A stretch of 64,000 nt of DNA from Alphaproteobacteria bacterium (GCA_965220745.1 CBDCQT010000013.1:768001-832000); one strand, 5' to 3'; shown: positions 19,988-30,478, counted from the stretch's first letter. The notes: generated by a model from the sequence alone, not told the origin. A program made the numbers and translations.

Positions 19988-21543
19988 TGCGAGAGACCGA
20001 GTATTCCGAAGAGTCAGTCAAGCTTTCCGGCTCCATCGGCAGTTTCGTTCGTTCCGGGCATGGATATTACGGCCGGGAGTTCGAGAAGATTCAGGCAGCG
20101 GAACAATTTCCGTGGTCGTGGAACACGATGTCCGCTCTCGCAGGTCCCTTGTGGGGTGCATCCCGCGGTCTGTGGGGGTACTTCTGGATGTTCCTGATCC
20201 TCGAAGTACTCGCGCTTGTTCAGATCGGCAGGGGTTGGTGGGGCGACCTTGGAGCCGACAAGCTTGCCCGGCTGGAGAGACTCACCCGCAAGTCGGACGA
20301 GTTCATGGCGAAGTACGATGCGGCCCTGCTCGCCGGCGATCCCGACGCGGAATCGTACCTCAATCGCGCGGAGAACCTCGACAAGATCGCGGCCCAGGTC
20401 GCCGAAGAAGCTGCGCTCGCGGCCGAGGGGGCCACGACGATTCTTCTCGTCGGCATCGCTCTGTTGATCGGCTTGCGCCTGATCCAGGGCTTCTACGCCA
20501 ACCTGCGCTACGAGAAACAGTATCTGAACTGGAGAGCGAATCCCTCCAGGACAGCCGCCGGCGTGAGCTGGGTACGGGCCGGTCTCGGCGGCCTGCTGTG
20601 GCTGGCGATCGTGCCGCTCACCCTCTACCGGTTCACCGTCGGCAAGATCGATCCCGAGCTCGAACCCTACGTTGCCGGCGTTCCCATCGAGAAAGGGTCC
20701 TATTACGCGCCCATGTCCGATTGGCTGGACGCAGGCTTCGACTGGCTGTCGGTCGAAGGGGCCGGCGTCTTCGACGGCGTCGTCGCGGCGATCAGCGCAG
20801 TCGTGGGCGCACTCGAAACCGTGCTGGTCGACGCGCCGTGGCCGGTGGTCATGACGGTCATCGTCGTTGTCGCGTGGCGGCTGGCCGGTCCTCGGGTCGC
20901 GGTGTTCACCGCCGCCGCGCTCGCCTACCTGGCGCTCTTCGGCCTGTGGGAGACCAGCATGGTGACGGTCGCCCTGCTCGGTGCCGCCGCATTCCTGTGC
21001 GTGCTGTTCGGGATACCGCTCGGGATCTGGTTCGGCAAGAACCAGAGGGCTTACAACGCAGCCCAGCCGGTACTGGACTTCATGCAGACGATGCCGGCAT
21101 TCGTCTACTTGATCCCGATCATCGCCTTCTTCGGCACGGGCAAGCCGCCGGGGGTGCTGGCGACATTGGTGTTCGGGATGCCGCCCGTCATACGGCTGAC
21201 GGCGCTTGGCATCCGCGGCGTACCGGAGAGCACCAAGGAGGCCGCTATCGCCTTCGGCTGCAATCGCTGGACGCTGCTGAAGGACGTGGAGATACCGCTC
21301 GCGCTGCCGTCCATCATGACCGGGATCAACCAGACCATCCTGATGTGTCTCTCGATGGTGGTGATCGCGTCGCTCATCGGTGCGAAGGGCCTGGGCCAGG
21401 ACGTGCTTATCGCGCTCCAGTACGCGGCCAAGGGGCAGGGGATGCTCGCCGGTCTCGCGATCCTGTTCTGCGCGATGGTCATCGACCGCATCATCCAGGG
21501 GCACTACAAGCGCTCCGCCTCGCGCCAGGCGCCCCGGGGATAG
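19987..21543 (+). CDS. ProW-like ABC permease with N-terminal extension
   Basis: LDFMQTMPAFVYLIP, EAA motif, GINQTILM. Confidence 0.92.
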   Translation: MRETEYSEESVKLSGSIGSFVRSGHGYYGREFEKIQAAEQFPWSWNTMSALAGPLWGASRGLWGYFWMFLILEVLALVQIGRGWWGDLGADKLARLERLTRKSDEFMAKYDAALLAGDPDAESYLNRAENLDKIAAQVAEEAALAAEGATTILLVGIALLIGLRLIQGFYANLRYEKQYLNWRANPSRTAAGVSWVRAGLGGLLWLAIVPLTLYRFTVGKIDPELEPYVAGVPIEKGSYYAPMSDWLDAGFDWLSVEGAGVFDGVVAAISAVVGALETVLVDAPWPVVMTVIVVVAWRLAGPRVAVFTAAALAYLALFGLWETSMVTVALLGAAAFLCVLFGIPLGIWFGKNQRAYNAAQPVLDFMQTMPAFVYLIPIIAFFGTGKPPGVLATLVFGMPPVIRLTALGIRGVPESTKEAAIAFGCNRWTLLKDVEIPLALPSIMTGINQTILMCLSMVVIASLIGAKGLGQDVLIALQYAAKGQGMLAGLAILFCAMVIDRIIQGHYKRSASRQAPRG

Positions 21544-21727
21544 TGCGCCCCGTGCCTCCCGCAAACGCCGTCCCGGATGCGACGGGGGACCGAATACGGG
21601 ATTGTCAATTGGTGAGCACATCGAGCGGGTTCGGATGATCCACGGCAAGAGTGGACGTAAGGCTGCCAGCGACAACAACTCCGCTTCGGCGCGGGAACGG
21701 AACGAACGGGAACAGGAGCGTATCGCG

Positions 21728-23494
21728 ATGAATATGACGACTGAAGAGGCCTTCGTGAAGGTGCTGCAGCGGCACGGGATCGAGCACGTGTTCGGGATCA
21801 TCGGCTCCGCCTTCATGCCGATATCGGACCTCTTCCCGAAGGCCGGGATCACCTTCTGGGACGTGGCCCACGAGAGCAACGCGGGCTTCATGTGCGACGG
21901 CTACACCCGGGCTACCGGCAAGATCGCCATGTGCATCGGCCAGAACGGCCCCGGCATCACCAACCTCGTGACGCCGGTGAAGACCGCGTACTGGAACCAC
22001 ACGCCGCTGCTGCTGGTGACGCCGCAGGCGGCCAACAAGACCATCGGCCAGGGCGGCTTCCAGGAAGTGCCGCAGATGGCGCTGTTCGAGGAGATGGTCT
22101 GCTACCAGGAGGAGGTGCGCGATGCGTCCCGCATGGCCGAGGTGCTGAACCGGGTGATCGAGAACGCGGTGCGCCAGTCGGCGCCGGCGCAGATCAACGT
22201 GCCGCGCGATCTCTGGACCCAGGAGGTGGATATCGAACTGCCGCCGGTGGTGCACCTGGAGCGCGCAGCGGGCGGCGAGGATTCGGTGGCGGAAGCGGCG
22301 CGGCTGCTGTCCGAGGCGCGCTTTCCGGTGATCCTCTCCGGCGGCGGCGTGGTGATCGGGGGCGCCATCGGCGAGTGCCGGGCACTGGCCGAGCGCCTCG
22401 ACGCCCCGGTCTGCTCCGGCTACCAGCACAACGACAGCTTCCCCGGCTCGCACCCCCTTGCCGTGGGCCCGCTCGGCTACAACGGCTCCAAGGCCGCGAT
22501 GGAGCTGATCGCGCGCGCCGACGTGGTGCTGGCATTGGGCACCCGGCTCAACCCGTTCTCGACGCTCCCCGGTTACGGCATCGACTACTGGCCGAAGGAC
22601 GCGGCGATCATCCAGGTGGAGCTGAACCCGGACCGCATCGGGCTTACCAAGAAGGTCACGGTCGGCATCTGCGGCGACGCGAAGAAGGTGGCGCGCCAGC
22701 TCCGCGAGCAGCTTTCCCCCACCGCCGGCGACGCGGGCCGGGACGAGCGCCGGGCGGCGATCCACCAGACCCGCTCGGCGTGGCTGCAGACGCTCGCCAG
22801 CATGGACCACGAGGACGACGACCCCGGCACCACGTGGAACGTGGACGCGCGCACGCGCGAGCCGGAGCGCATGTCCGCGCGGATGGCGTGGCGCGCGATC
22901 CAGGACGGCCTGCCGGGCGACGCCATCATCTCGTCCGATATCGGCAACAACTGCGCCATCGGCAACGCCTATCCGACCTTCGAGGAGGGCCGCAAATACC
23001 TGGCGCCGGGGCTGTTCGGGCCGTGCGGCTACGGCTTCCCCGCCATCCTCGGCGCCAAGATCGGGTGTGCGGACGTGCCTGTCGTCGGTTTCGCCGGCGA
23101 CGGCGCCTTCGGCATCTCCATGAACGAGATGGTCTCGGTCGGGCGCGAGGGCTGGCCCGCGATCACCATGGTGGTCTTCCGCAACTACCAGTGGGGCGCG
23201 GAAAAGCGAAACTCGATCCTCTGGTACGACAACAACTTCGTCGGCACCGAGCTGAACCCCGACCTGAGCTACGCGAAGGTGGCGGACGCCTGCGGGCTGA
23301 AGGGCGTCGCGGTGAGCACCATGGACGAGCTGACGACGGCGCTGCGCGACTCCTGCGCAGCGCAGGCGGAGGGCGTCACCACCTTCATCGAGGTGATCCT
23401 GAACCAGGAGCTGGGCGAGCCCTTCCGCCGCGACGCGATGAAGAAGCCCAACGTCGTGGCGGGGATCGACGGCGCCGACATGCACCCGCAATAG
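21728..23494 (+). CDS. xsc: Sulfoacetaldehyde acetyltransferase
   Basis: MTTEEAFVKVLQ.HGIEH.FGIIGSA, SSDIGNNC, GDGAFGIS, WGAEKRN, ELGEPFRRDAMKKP. Confidence 0.93.
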   Translation: MNMTTEEAFVKVLQRHGIEHVFGIIGSAFMPISDLFPKAGITFWDVAHESNAGFMCDGYTRATGKIAMCIGQNGPGITNLVTPVKTAYWNHTPLLLVTPQAANKTIGQGGFQEVPQMALFEEMVCYQEEVRDASRMAEVLNRVIENAVRQSAPAQINVPRDLWTQEVDIELPPVVHLERAAGGEDSVAEAARLLSEARFPVILSGGGVVIGGAIGECRALAERLDAPVCSGYQHNDSFPGSHPLAVGPLGYNGSKAAMELIARADVVLALGTRLNPFSTLPGYGIDYWPKDAAIIQVELNPDRIGLTKKVTVGICGDAKKVARQLREQLSPTAGDAGRDERRAAIHQTRSAWLQTLASMDHEDDDPGTTWNVDARTREPERMSARMAWRAIQDGLPGDAIISSDIGNNCAIGNAYPTFEEGRKYLAPGLFGPCGYGFPAILGAKIGCADVPVVGFAGDGAFGISMNEMVSVGREGWPAITMVVFRNYQWGAEKRNSILWYDNNFVGTELNPDLSYAKVADACGLKGVAVSTMDELTTALRDSCAAQAEGVTTFIEVILNQELGEPFRRDAMKKPNVVAGIDGADMHPQ

Positions 23495-23580
23495 TGGACA
23501 TCGCAGACCGCCTCGTCGCGCAAGCGAAACAGCGTCAGTGCGCCGTCGTCCTGCTGGGGTGCGATGACCCGAGAGTTGCA
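23494..23580 (+). pseudogene. pta: N-terminal remnant of phosphate acetyltransferase
   Basis: GTG overlapping the xsc stop reads VDIADRLVAQAKQRQCAVVLLGCDDPRV, resembling the Pta N-terminus (VVLPEGxDxRV). pta normally follows xsc. Confidence 0.55.
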
Positions 23581-24002
23581 AGTGGCTTCCCTGCGCTATC
23601 GGACATTGTCGCCGGACCCTGCGAGTTGAGGGATGGGCGGCAGAGCGCACATGCCTCCTACATGCCCAGCCCTCGGGTTCTGCCCTGGTTCCGGTAATGC
23701 TGGAACTGATGAAATGAACCGATCCTTGGCACCGATGCCGAGACCCGCCGCGATGTCACCTATCGACGATAGATGCTGATGAGCCGCGCAACCTGCAGGG
23801 CTGTGTGGAACTGCCTGAGCTGCAGGTAGCCATGGAGCTGGGAATAGCCCTTGGCCTTGCGGATGGCGGTCGGTACGGTAGATGCCGTCGCGGTCGTGAT
23901 TGCGAATACCCTTGCCGCGGAAGCGCGGGCCTCTGCGGTTGGGTTTTCCCCTTATGACTTGCGCGACGAACGTAGTTCATTGATGGCGGGAGGCGGACCC
24001 TA

Positions 24003-25541
24003 ATGAGTTGGGCGCGCCCTTGCAGAAAAAGAGATGAGGCGAGCCTTGGGCATACAAAGGGCGCTCGCCAGGTCAAGCTCCGGGCCATCGCGCCTGGCTT
24101 TGCTCTTGCGGCAACTCTTCTGATTGTAGCCCCCGCTCACGCTGATGTACTCGACAGCCTGATGTTGCGCCTCGACAGGCTTGAGGAGGAGAACCGGCAG
24201 CTCAGACATGAAATCGAGGCGCTGAAGGCCGAGATGTACGAACGCGGGGAGGCCGAATCCGTTGACCCTACCTCTGGTGATCGAAGCTCCGCACGGCTGC
24301 TGCGCATCGACTCCCGAACCGGGTATGAACTTCTTGACCCGACCTCCAGAATCAACCGCAAGCAACGCCTTTTGCTGGAGCTGAGACGCGATGGAACCCT
24401 CCTCCCGGACGGCGTGAGCGTGCATGGCGCAGTCACCGCTGTTGGCGATTATCAGACCAGCAACAGGGACGGCAAGTTCGGCTACCTAATGCGCCATCCG
24501 ACCGCGAGGAACCAGGTGGGCAACGAGGTTTCCGAGGCGGCGATCCATTCGGTACAGCTCGGCTTCACGGCCTTGCTCGGCGATTGGATCACGGGACACG
24601 CGCAGATTCTCTACGATCCCGAGCAGAGCTTCGGCTCAGGCACCAACACGTCCATTGAACGCAATCAACTTCAGATGCGGCACGCCTACATCCTGATAGG
24701 TAATTTCGACCGCCTCCCCGTCTACGCCAGTCTGGGCAAGATGCCGGTACCCTTCGGTCTGACCGATACCGTCAATCCCTTCACCGCTTCGACGGTCTGG
24801 CACGCCTTCGGTGGGCTGGCCAACGGGGCGACACTGAGCTACGCGAAGGATGGCTTGAGCCTCTCTCTCATGGGCGTCCAGGGAGGGGCGCAGTTCCGCG
24901 CCGCGAACACGCCGGTCGAGAGGACCGGCGTCCCGAGCAAGCTGAACAATCTGGCCGTGGATGTGAGCTACGAGTTCGGCCTGGGCTCCCACGGCACGCT
25001 TCTTCTGGGCGGTTCGTATCTGCGCGGCTCGGCCTATTGCCAGGACTTCCCGGTGCAGCACTACCTTCCGTGCCGGGACAACAATCCGGCATTCGACCTG
25101 TACGCAAGGCTCGTCGCAGGCGAGCTCACGCTCAAAGGGGAGTTCGCGAGAACCCTCGACGAATGGCCCGGGACGTTCAACCCCGCTATCCTACAGTTCC
25201 CTGCGAGCGACGTGACGAGCTTCGACGTTGGGTTGAAGTACCGCCTCGACCTCGACTACGGCCCACTAGACCTGTCTGCGGAGTTCAGCCGCTTCGTGGC
25301 CGGTCCCGATGGTGCGCCGTGGGAACGACAGGACCAGATCGTTCTCGGTACTGCGTGGTTTGCGGAGCCCAGCGTGAAGCTGTTTACCGAATACATTCAC
25401 GTCGACGGCTTCGTCCCGCTCAACTTCATCAGCGGGGGCAGCATCAGAGACGACCGGGGCGAGCTGATACCCGACCGCACCATCAGCGAGGCGGCTGCAC
25501 GCTCGGACATCTTTCTGGTGGGCGTCAATGCCGCGTTCTGA
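24003..25541 (+). CDS. Putative outer-membrane porin with N-terminal coiled coil
   Basis: Signal peptide, short coiled coil, amphipathic beta strands and terminal Phe. True start uncertain. Confidence 0.7.
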   Translation: MSWARPCRKRDEASLGHTKGARQVKLRAIAPGFALAATLLIVAPAHADVLDSLMLRLDRLEEENRQLRHEIEALKAEMYERGEAESVDPTSGDRSSARLLRIDSRTGYELLDPTSRINRKQRLLLELRRDGTLLPDGVSVHGAVTAVGDYQTSNRDGKFGYLMRHPTARNQVGNEVSEAAIHSVQLGFTALLGDWITGHAQILYDPEQSFGSGTNTSIERNQLQMRHAYILIGNFDRLPVYASLGKMPVPFGLTDTVNPFTASTVWHAFGGLANGATLSYAKDGLSLSLMGVQGGAQFRAANTPVERTGVPSKLNNLAVDVSYEFGLGSHGTLLLGGSYLRGSAYCQDFPVQHYLPCRDNNPAFDLYARLVAGELTLKGEFARTLDEWPGTFNPAILQFPASDVTSFDVGLKYRLDLDYGPLDLSAEFSRFVAGPDGAPWERQDQIVLGTAWFAEPSVKLFTEYIHVDGFVPLNFISGGSIRDDRGELIPDRTISEAAARSDIFLVGVNAAF

Positions 25542-26341
25542 TGCATTTGCGTACGAGCGCAGCCGGATTTTCTTGACTTGGCTACACTTGGGCGAGCTTG
25601 CAGTCCTTGCCGCTTGAGCGTGTGTCGACGTGAGATTGCTGATTGCGATATCGGCGCCTAGGCGGCGGAAGATCTGCGCGGCGTTAAGTCCAAATCTGTC
25701 TTGTCCAGAATGCTGACGTTGAGTGACGAACGGGTCCGGGATCGCTCTCTTGTCCTCTTCCCCGCTCGCTCTCATTCGAGCCCTCCTGGAACCCTTTTCC
25801 GCCGCCTTCCTCGTCATCTGCCGGGTATGCGCTGACCTTGCGAGCGACACAGACCGCCGCAACGGTTGCGACGAGAGGTGGCGGGATAAAACAGCGAGCG
25901 CGGCGCCGGGACCGAAGGAACAGGCGATGGTATTCGCGGCCTTGTGGCGCGTAGCACCGCCCGCGGACGCGGGTGGGGCGCGATACTCGCGCGGCAATCA
26001 GCGGTGGGACCCGGCAAATCCGGGATGCCCGTTGTTCGTGCCGAGGGGACGGCAGCGCGCTTTTTCACACTGTCCCGCCGGGCTACCCTGACGTCAGGCT
26101 GAAAGCATGCTTCGCCATGGCGACGGTGAAGCGAGCCGAAACTTGGGATGTCGTGCGCGCAGAGGTCGGACTGCGATTCCGCCACACGACCCAATCGGTG
26201 AACGCGATCATCGAGGCGACCTGAGACCGGCCGAGGTCCGAAGACAGGCGATGTCCCTGGAGGTGATTGACGAAGCCGCTTCCGCAATGCCGGGATCAGC
26301 GATTGTAGTATCCATCGACGTGGCACCGACCGGACCGCATC

Positions 26342-27517
26342 ATGCTGACCTTCATCGAAGAGCTTGTCCTGCTGCTGAACGACGAGGACGGTGCGCCGCT
26401 GCCGATCCGGCAGGATATCGTGGCGTGTGCGCTCGCCGGCGCCGTGCTGATGGACCTGGCGTTCGCTTATCGGATCGATACCGACCTCGAGGCGCTCTTC
26501 GTCAACGACCGGACGCCAACAGGTAATTCTGCACTCGACCGCATCCTGGAGAGGATCGCCGCCCGTACCGAGGTCTGCGACACCAAGATGTGGATCGGCA
26601 CGCTATCCGTCGAGGAGGCACCCTCCATTCATGAGCAGACCCTGGGGGGTCTGGTGGAGCACGGAATCCTGACGGTGCGGGAGAGCAGGCTCCCGTGGAT
26701 ACGGTCCCGGCGCTATCCGAGCAGCGACGGCAAGACGGCAAAAGAGCTCCGCCAGCATGTCGCCGACGTGTTGACCTCCGACGAGATTCCCGACCCTCGC
26801 GATGTCGCCCTGATCTCCTTGTTGGACGCCTGCGAAATCCTCCCCGACATCTTCCCTAGACAGGAGATAGAGGATTTTCGTCCCCGGATCGCGCTCTTGC
26901 GCAAGATGGACCTGATCGGGCGCGAGGTCGCGGGCGCGATTGCCGAGATCGAACGCTCGATCATTCAAGCGGTGCGCGCCCGGGCCGCTCAGTTCAAGAA
27001 GCTGCTGCTGATCCTCTCAATCGCCGCCGGTGTGGTCGCGTTCACGGCGCTTGTGGCCCCGAGGTTCCCGGTGGCGGATCGGTTCAGTGCCCTGTACTTC
27101 GAGCGTCTCTGGTTCGACGGCGGCTGGCAACTGTGGAGCGGGTTTGCGCTTCTCGGATTGAGTGGCGCAGGCGTCCTCGCGGTCCTGCTCCTGAAGCTGC
27201 GAGCGATCGCCCGTCTGGGCGGCTTCAGCTGGTGGCGGCTCGCTCATGTCGGGTTCGGCATCGCCTGCGTGCTCGCGCTCTTCGCGCATACCGGCTTTCG
27301 CTTCGGGACCAGTCTCAACGCGGCGCTGATGGGCTGCTTCCTGGCAGTGCTGGTCCTCGGCGGCCTGGCCGGAGTCTGCACCAACGCAGCGGGTCAACTC
27401 AGGAAATGGGGGATCAAGCCCAAGCAGCGCATCATTCCGATGCGGGTGCATATCGTGGCCCTCGTTCCCCTGCCCGCGCTCCTGATCATCCACATCATCG
27501 CCGTCTACCTTTACTGA
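26342..27517 (+). CDS. GPP34 (GOLPH3/Vps74-like) domain fused to a His-ligated membrane (cytochrome b-like) domain
   Basis: EELVLLL, LAGAVLMDLA..RID, RRYP, PDPRDVALISLLDAC, then TM helices with RLAH, AHTG, RVHI, IIHI. Confidence 0.8.
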   Translation: MLTFIEELVLLLNDEDGAPLPIRQDIVACALAGAVLMDLAFAYRIDTDLEALFVNDRTPTGNSALDRILERIAARTEVCDTKMWIGTLSVEEAPSIHEQTLGGLVEHGILTVRESRLPWIRSRRYPSSDGKTAKELRQHVADVLTSDEIPDPRDVALISLLDACEILPDIFPRQEIEDFRPRIALLRKMDLIGREVAGAIAEIERSIIQAVRARAAQFKKLLLILSIAAGVVAFTALVAPRFPVADRFSALYFERLWFDGGWQLWSGFALLGLSGAGVLAVLLLKLRAIARLGGFSWWRLAHVGFGIACVLALFAHTGFRFGTSLNAALMGCFLAVLVLGGLAGVCTNAAGQLRKWGIKPKQRIIPMRVHIVALVPLPALLIIHIIAVYLY

Positions 27518-27529
27518 TGGGGCCTACGC

Positions 27530-29008
27530 GTGTCGCGCAAGTCAATTCTTCACGTCTGCTGGGTGCTGGCGACCCTGGCGGCCATCGGCGCGGTCACGAT
27601 GTGGATGACAGTGGGCGGTGATCGCGAAGTCTTGTTGATCGGCGCAACCACCGATGCCCACCACCAGTTCGAACTGGCGTGCGAGAGCTGCCACACCGCA
27701 GCAGTCTTCGCCAGCAGGAAGGCGGCGTTGAAGGGGCTGAACAAGGCCTGCCGGAACTGTCACGAGGACGAGCTGAAGGACGCCAACGACAGTCATCCGC
27801 GCAAGAAATTCCGCAATCCGAGGATGTCCGTCTACTGGGAGCCGCTCGATGGCAGGTCCTGCGTTTCCTGCCATGTCGAGCATCGCCCCGAGATCACCCG
27901 CAAAGGGGCGGTTACTGTCGCGATGGATTTCTGCGAGGCGTGCCACGGCGAGGGCGATCAGGACGTTCGAACAGACCGCCCGACCCATGCGGGCTTGACC
28001 TTCGACACCTGTGCCTCGTCGGGCTGTCACAACTATCACGACAACCGCGCGCTCTATGCGGACTTCCTGGTGAAGCACGCGGAGCAGCCCTGGCTGGCTG
28101 CGGCACCTGTGCACGCGCTTGCAGCCCTGCACCGTTCGCAGGAACCGCTGGAAGAGACGGCGCTCGGGCGGGAAGACGCTCTCGCACCGGCAGCGGCGCT
28201 CGCGGACGAAACGGCCCTCGATCACTGGGCTGGCTCGGGTCATGCGGCAGTGGGCGTGAACTGCGCGGGCTGCCACGCGCCGGAGGTGGCGTCAGACGCG
28301 CCGCTCGCCGAGATCGAAGCCGGTTGGATCGACGCGGCGCCGCTCACGGCCTGCAGGGACTGCCACAAGCAGGAAGCGAAGACCTTCGCGCTCGGTCGGC
28401 ACGGCATGCGCCAGCACCCTGAGATCGCGCGGCCGCGCGATGCGTCGGCCACCGTCCTTGACGCCGTGCTGCCCGAAGGTGTCACGGAGTGGCTTTCCGA
28501 CGCGCCTTATCCCGTGCTCATGACCGTGAAGGAGGCACGCATTCCGATGCGCGCCGATGCCGCCCACGAGTCCCTCGATTGCGGGACCTGCCACCAACCC
28601 CATGCGGTCGACGTCGAGCACGCCGCGGTGGAGGCCTGCATGTCCTGCCACGCCGACCCCCATACTCAGGCCTATGTCGGCAGCCCTCATCATGCGCTTT
28701 GGCAGGCGGAGCTGCTCGGCGACGTAGAGCCCGGCTCAGGGGTGAGCTGCGCCACCTGCCACATGCTCAAGGTGGAACGCCGGGGAACGATCTTCACCAG
28801 CCACAACCAGAGCGACGGCCTGCGGCCGAACGAGAAGATGATCCGGCCTGTCTGCCTCGATTGCCACGGTCTCGGCTTTGTCATGGACGCGCTCGCGGAC
28901 GAGGACCTGGTGGCCGGAAACTTCAGGGGACAGCCCGTGGTCCATGTCGAGAGTATCGACTGGGCGGTGCAGCATGCGACATCGGGCGTTCCGAACGATG
29001 AGCGTTGA
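27530..29008 (+). CDS. Multiheme cytochrome c
   Basis: 10 CxxCH motifs plus one CASSGCH, N-terminal anchor, RPNEKMIRPVC. Confidence 0.92.
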   Translation: MSRKSILHVCWVLATLAAIGAVTMWMTVGGDREVLLIGATTDAHHQFELACESCHTAAVFASRKAALKGLNKACRNCHEDELKDANDSHPRKKFRNPRMSVYWEPLDGRSCVSCHVEHRPEITRKGAVTVAMDFCEACHGEGDQDVRTDRPTHAGLTFDTCASSGCHNYHDNRALYADFLVKHAEQPWLAAAPVHALAALHRSQEPLEETALGREDALAPAAALADETALDHWAGSGHAAVGVNCAGCHAPEVASDAPLAEIEAGWIDAAPLTACRDCHKQEAKTFALGRHGMRQHPEIARPRDASATVLDAVLPEGVTEWLSDAPYPVLMTVKEARIPMRADAAHESLDCGTCHQPHAVDVEHAAVEACMSCHADPHTQAYVGSPHHALWQAELLGDVEPGSGVSCATCHMLKVERRGTIFTSHNQSDGLRPNEKMIRPVCLDCHGLGFVMDALADEDLVAGNFRGQPVVHVESIDWAVQHATSGVPNDER

Positions 29009-29057
29009 GCGCTCGGCCGTGTGCCGATTGAAACCTGGGAGGACAGGAGAAAGCGCC

Positions 29058-29627
29058 ATGAAGAGAAAATCCAGTTGCTGGGCTGCGCTGGCGGTTGGCG
29101 CGGCGGCAACGGTTACGGCAGGGGGTGCCGCGGCGGACGACGTTTCCTACGAGCGGGTCGCCGACATGCTGTACACGGTGATGTCCGCAGACCGCGAGGT
29201 CTACACGAAGATGGTGATCCAGCGCCTCACGGTGGACGACAAGGTCATCACCGCCTCCGAGCACTTCCAGGACGACCTGGCGTTGCCGCTGCCGGCGCAG
29301 ATGTTCCGCTTCGGCTCGGAGGCGGCGATGGATGCAACCGAGGACTTCTCCTATGCGCTGCTCTCGCTCCATCCCATCAATAGGAAGAACGGTCCTGGGA
29401 CGGATCTGGAGAGGGAGGGCCTCGAATTCGTCGTCGACAATCCAGGCGAGAACTTCTACGGGGAAGAGGAGCTGGGCGGAGAGGAGTACTTCACCGCCAT
29501 CTATCCCGACTACGCCGTCGCCGAGGCCTGCGCGCTCTGCCACAACGACCACAAGGATTCCCCTCGCCGAGACATCGAGGTCGGCGACGTTATGGGCGGC
29601 GTCGTCATCCGTATTCTGATGGATTGA
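29058..29627 (+). CDS. DUF3365/Tll0287-like monoheme protein
   Basis: LPLPAQMFR, PINRKN.P, YPD.AV.EACALCHN, GDVMGGVVIRI. Confidence 0.85.
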   Translation: MKRKSSCWAALAVGAAATVTAGGAAADDVSYERVADMLYTVMSADREVYTKMVIQRLTVDDKVITASEHFQDDLALPLPAQMFRFGSEAAMDATEDFSYALLSLHPINRKNGPGTDLEREGLEFVVDNPGENFYGEEELGGEEYFTAIYPDYAVAEACALCHNDHKDSPRRDIEVGDVMGGVVIRILMD

Positions 29628-29950
29628 GGGGTTCCTGCTGACAGCCTCTCGGTGCCAGCACTATGCCACGCAGTGTTGCGGGGCGACCCGTCCCTCGCCC
29701 GAATCTCTCGCTGATCAGGATGGTCTCCGGCGGTATCCGGCGGCGGGCACTTCTTGTGCCGTCCTGGGTGGGGTTCCGACCCATCCAAACGGTCATGGTC
29801 GCCGCAGTGTTGAGCCAGCGCGTAGGATCTGCTTCACGGCAGACAATGGACGCCGTGCGCGCCGGAGGCGTCCTCATCGTCGCGCTTCGCGCGGCGGTCC
29901 CGCCGGGCTAATTTGTCGCGAGGGAGGAAGAGGGGTTCGTTATTGCGACG

Positions 29951-30370
29951 GTGACTCGGACCGGTCTGACAAACGCCGTTCTTGACGAGGTCGAACTGCC
30001 GGATCGCGATGCGAGGTCTCTCGTGGATGCCGTGATCGATATGGTGGCAGAGCGGCTGACAGCGGGGGAGACGGTGATGATCTCGGGCTTCGGCACCTTC
30101 GCCGCGCGCGACAATAGCGCGAGGATGGGCCGCAACCCGAAGATCGGTGAGGCGGCGGCGATCTCGGCGCGTCGGGTGGTGGTGTTTCGCGCCTCGCAGA
30201 TTCTGAAACAGCGGGTCGCCTCGGCCATGCAGGACGCGGGCGACGGCGGCCTGAACACTCGGGACGGACCAGGCGTCGGGCAAGGCGGGCGACCGCGGGG
30301 ATCCATGATCCGATGGAGTGACGCCGAAGGCGCGGGCTCGGGCGGTGCGCCGAGCGCCCCGCATCCATGA
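29951..30370 (+). CDS. IHF-alpha/HU family protein with low-complexity tail
   Basis: V.ISGFGTF, R.GRNPK.GE, ARRVVVFRASQILK. Confidence 0.85.
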   Translation: MTRTGLTNAVLDEVELPDRDARSLVDAVIDMVAERLTAGETVMISGFGTFAARDNSARMGRNPKIGEAAAISARRVVVFRASQILKQRVASAMQDAGDGGLNTRDGPGVGQGGRPRGSMIRWSDAEGAGSGGAPSAPHP

Positions 30371-30478
30371 GGGTGCCGAGGCCGACCGGAGGATGCGCCT
30401 TTCGTATAGAGGCGCCGCGCCGGCCGCAGCGGCCGCCGCGACGGTCGCAGCCACTTGAGTGTTCGCAGAGACTCAGCC

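Noticed and set aside
20014-23650. 625-aa and 681-aa minus-strand ORFs
   Set aside because: Antisense to the permease and xsc; typical high-GC shadows.
25560-26340. ORFs between the porin and the GPP34 fusion
   Set aside because: No recognisable family or consistent frame; probably degenerate.
27530-29008. Calling the multiheme protein NrfA or HAO
   Set aside because: No CxxCK motif and the heme count differs; activity cannot be assigned from sequence.
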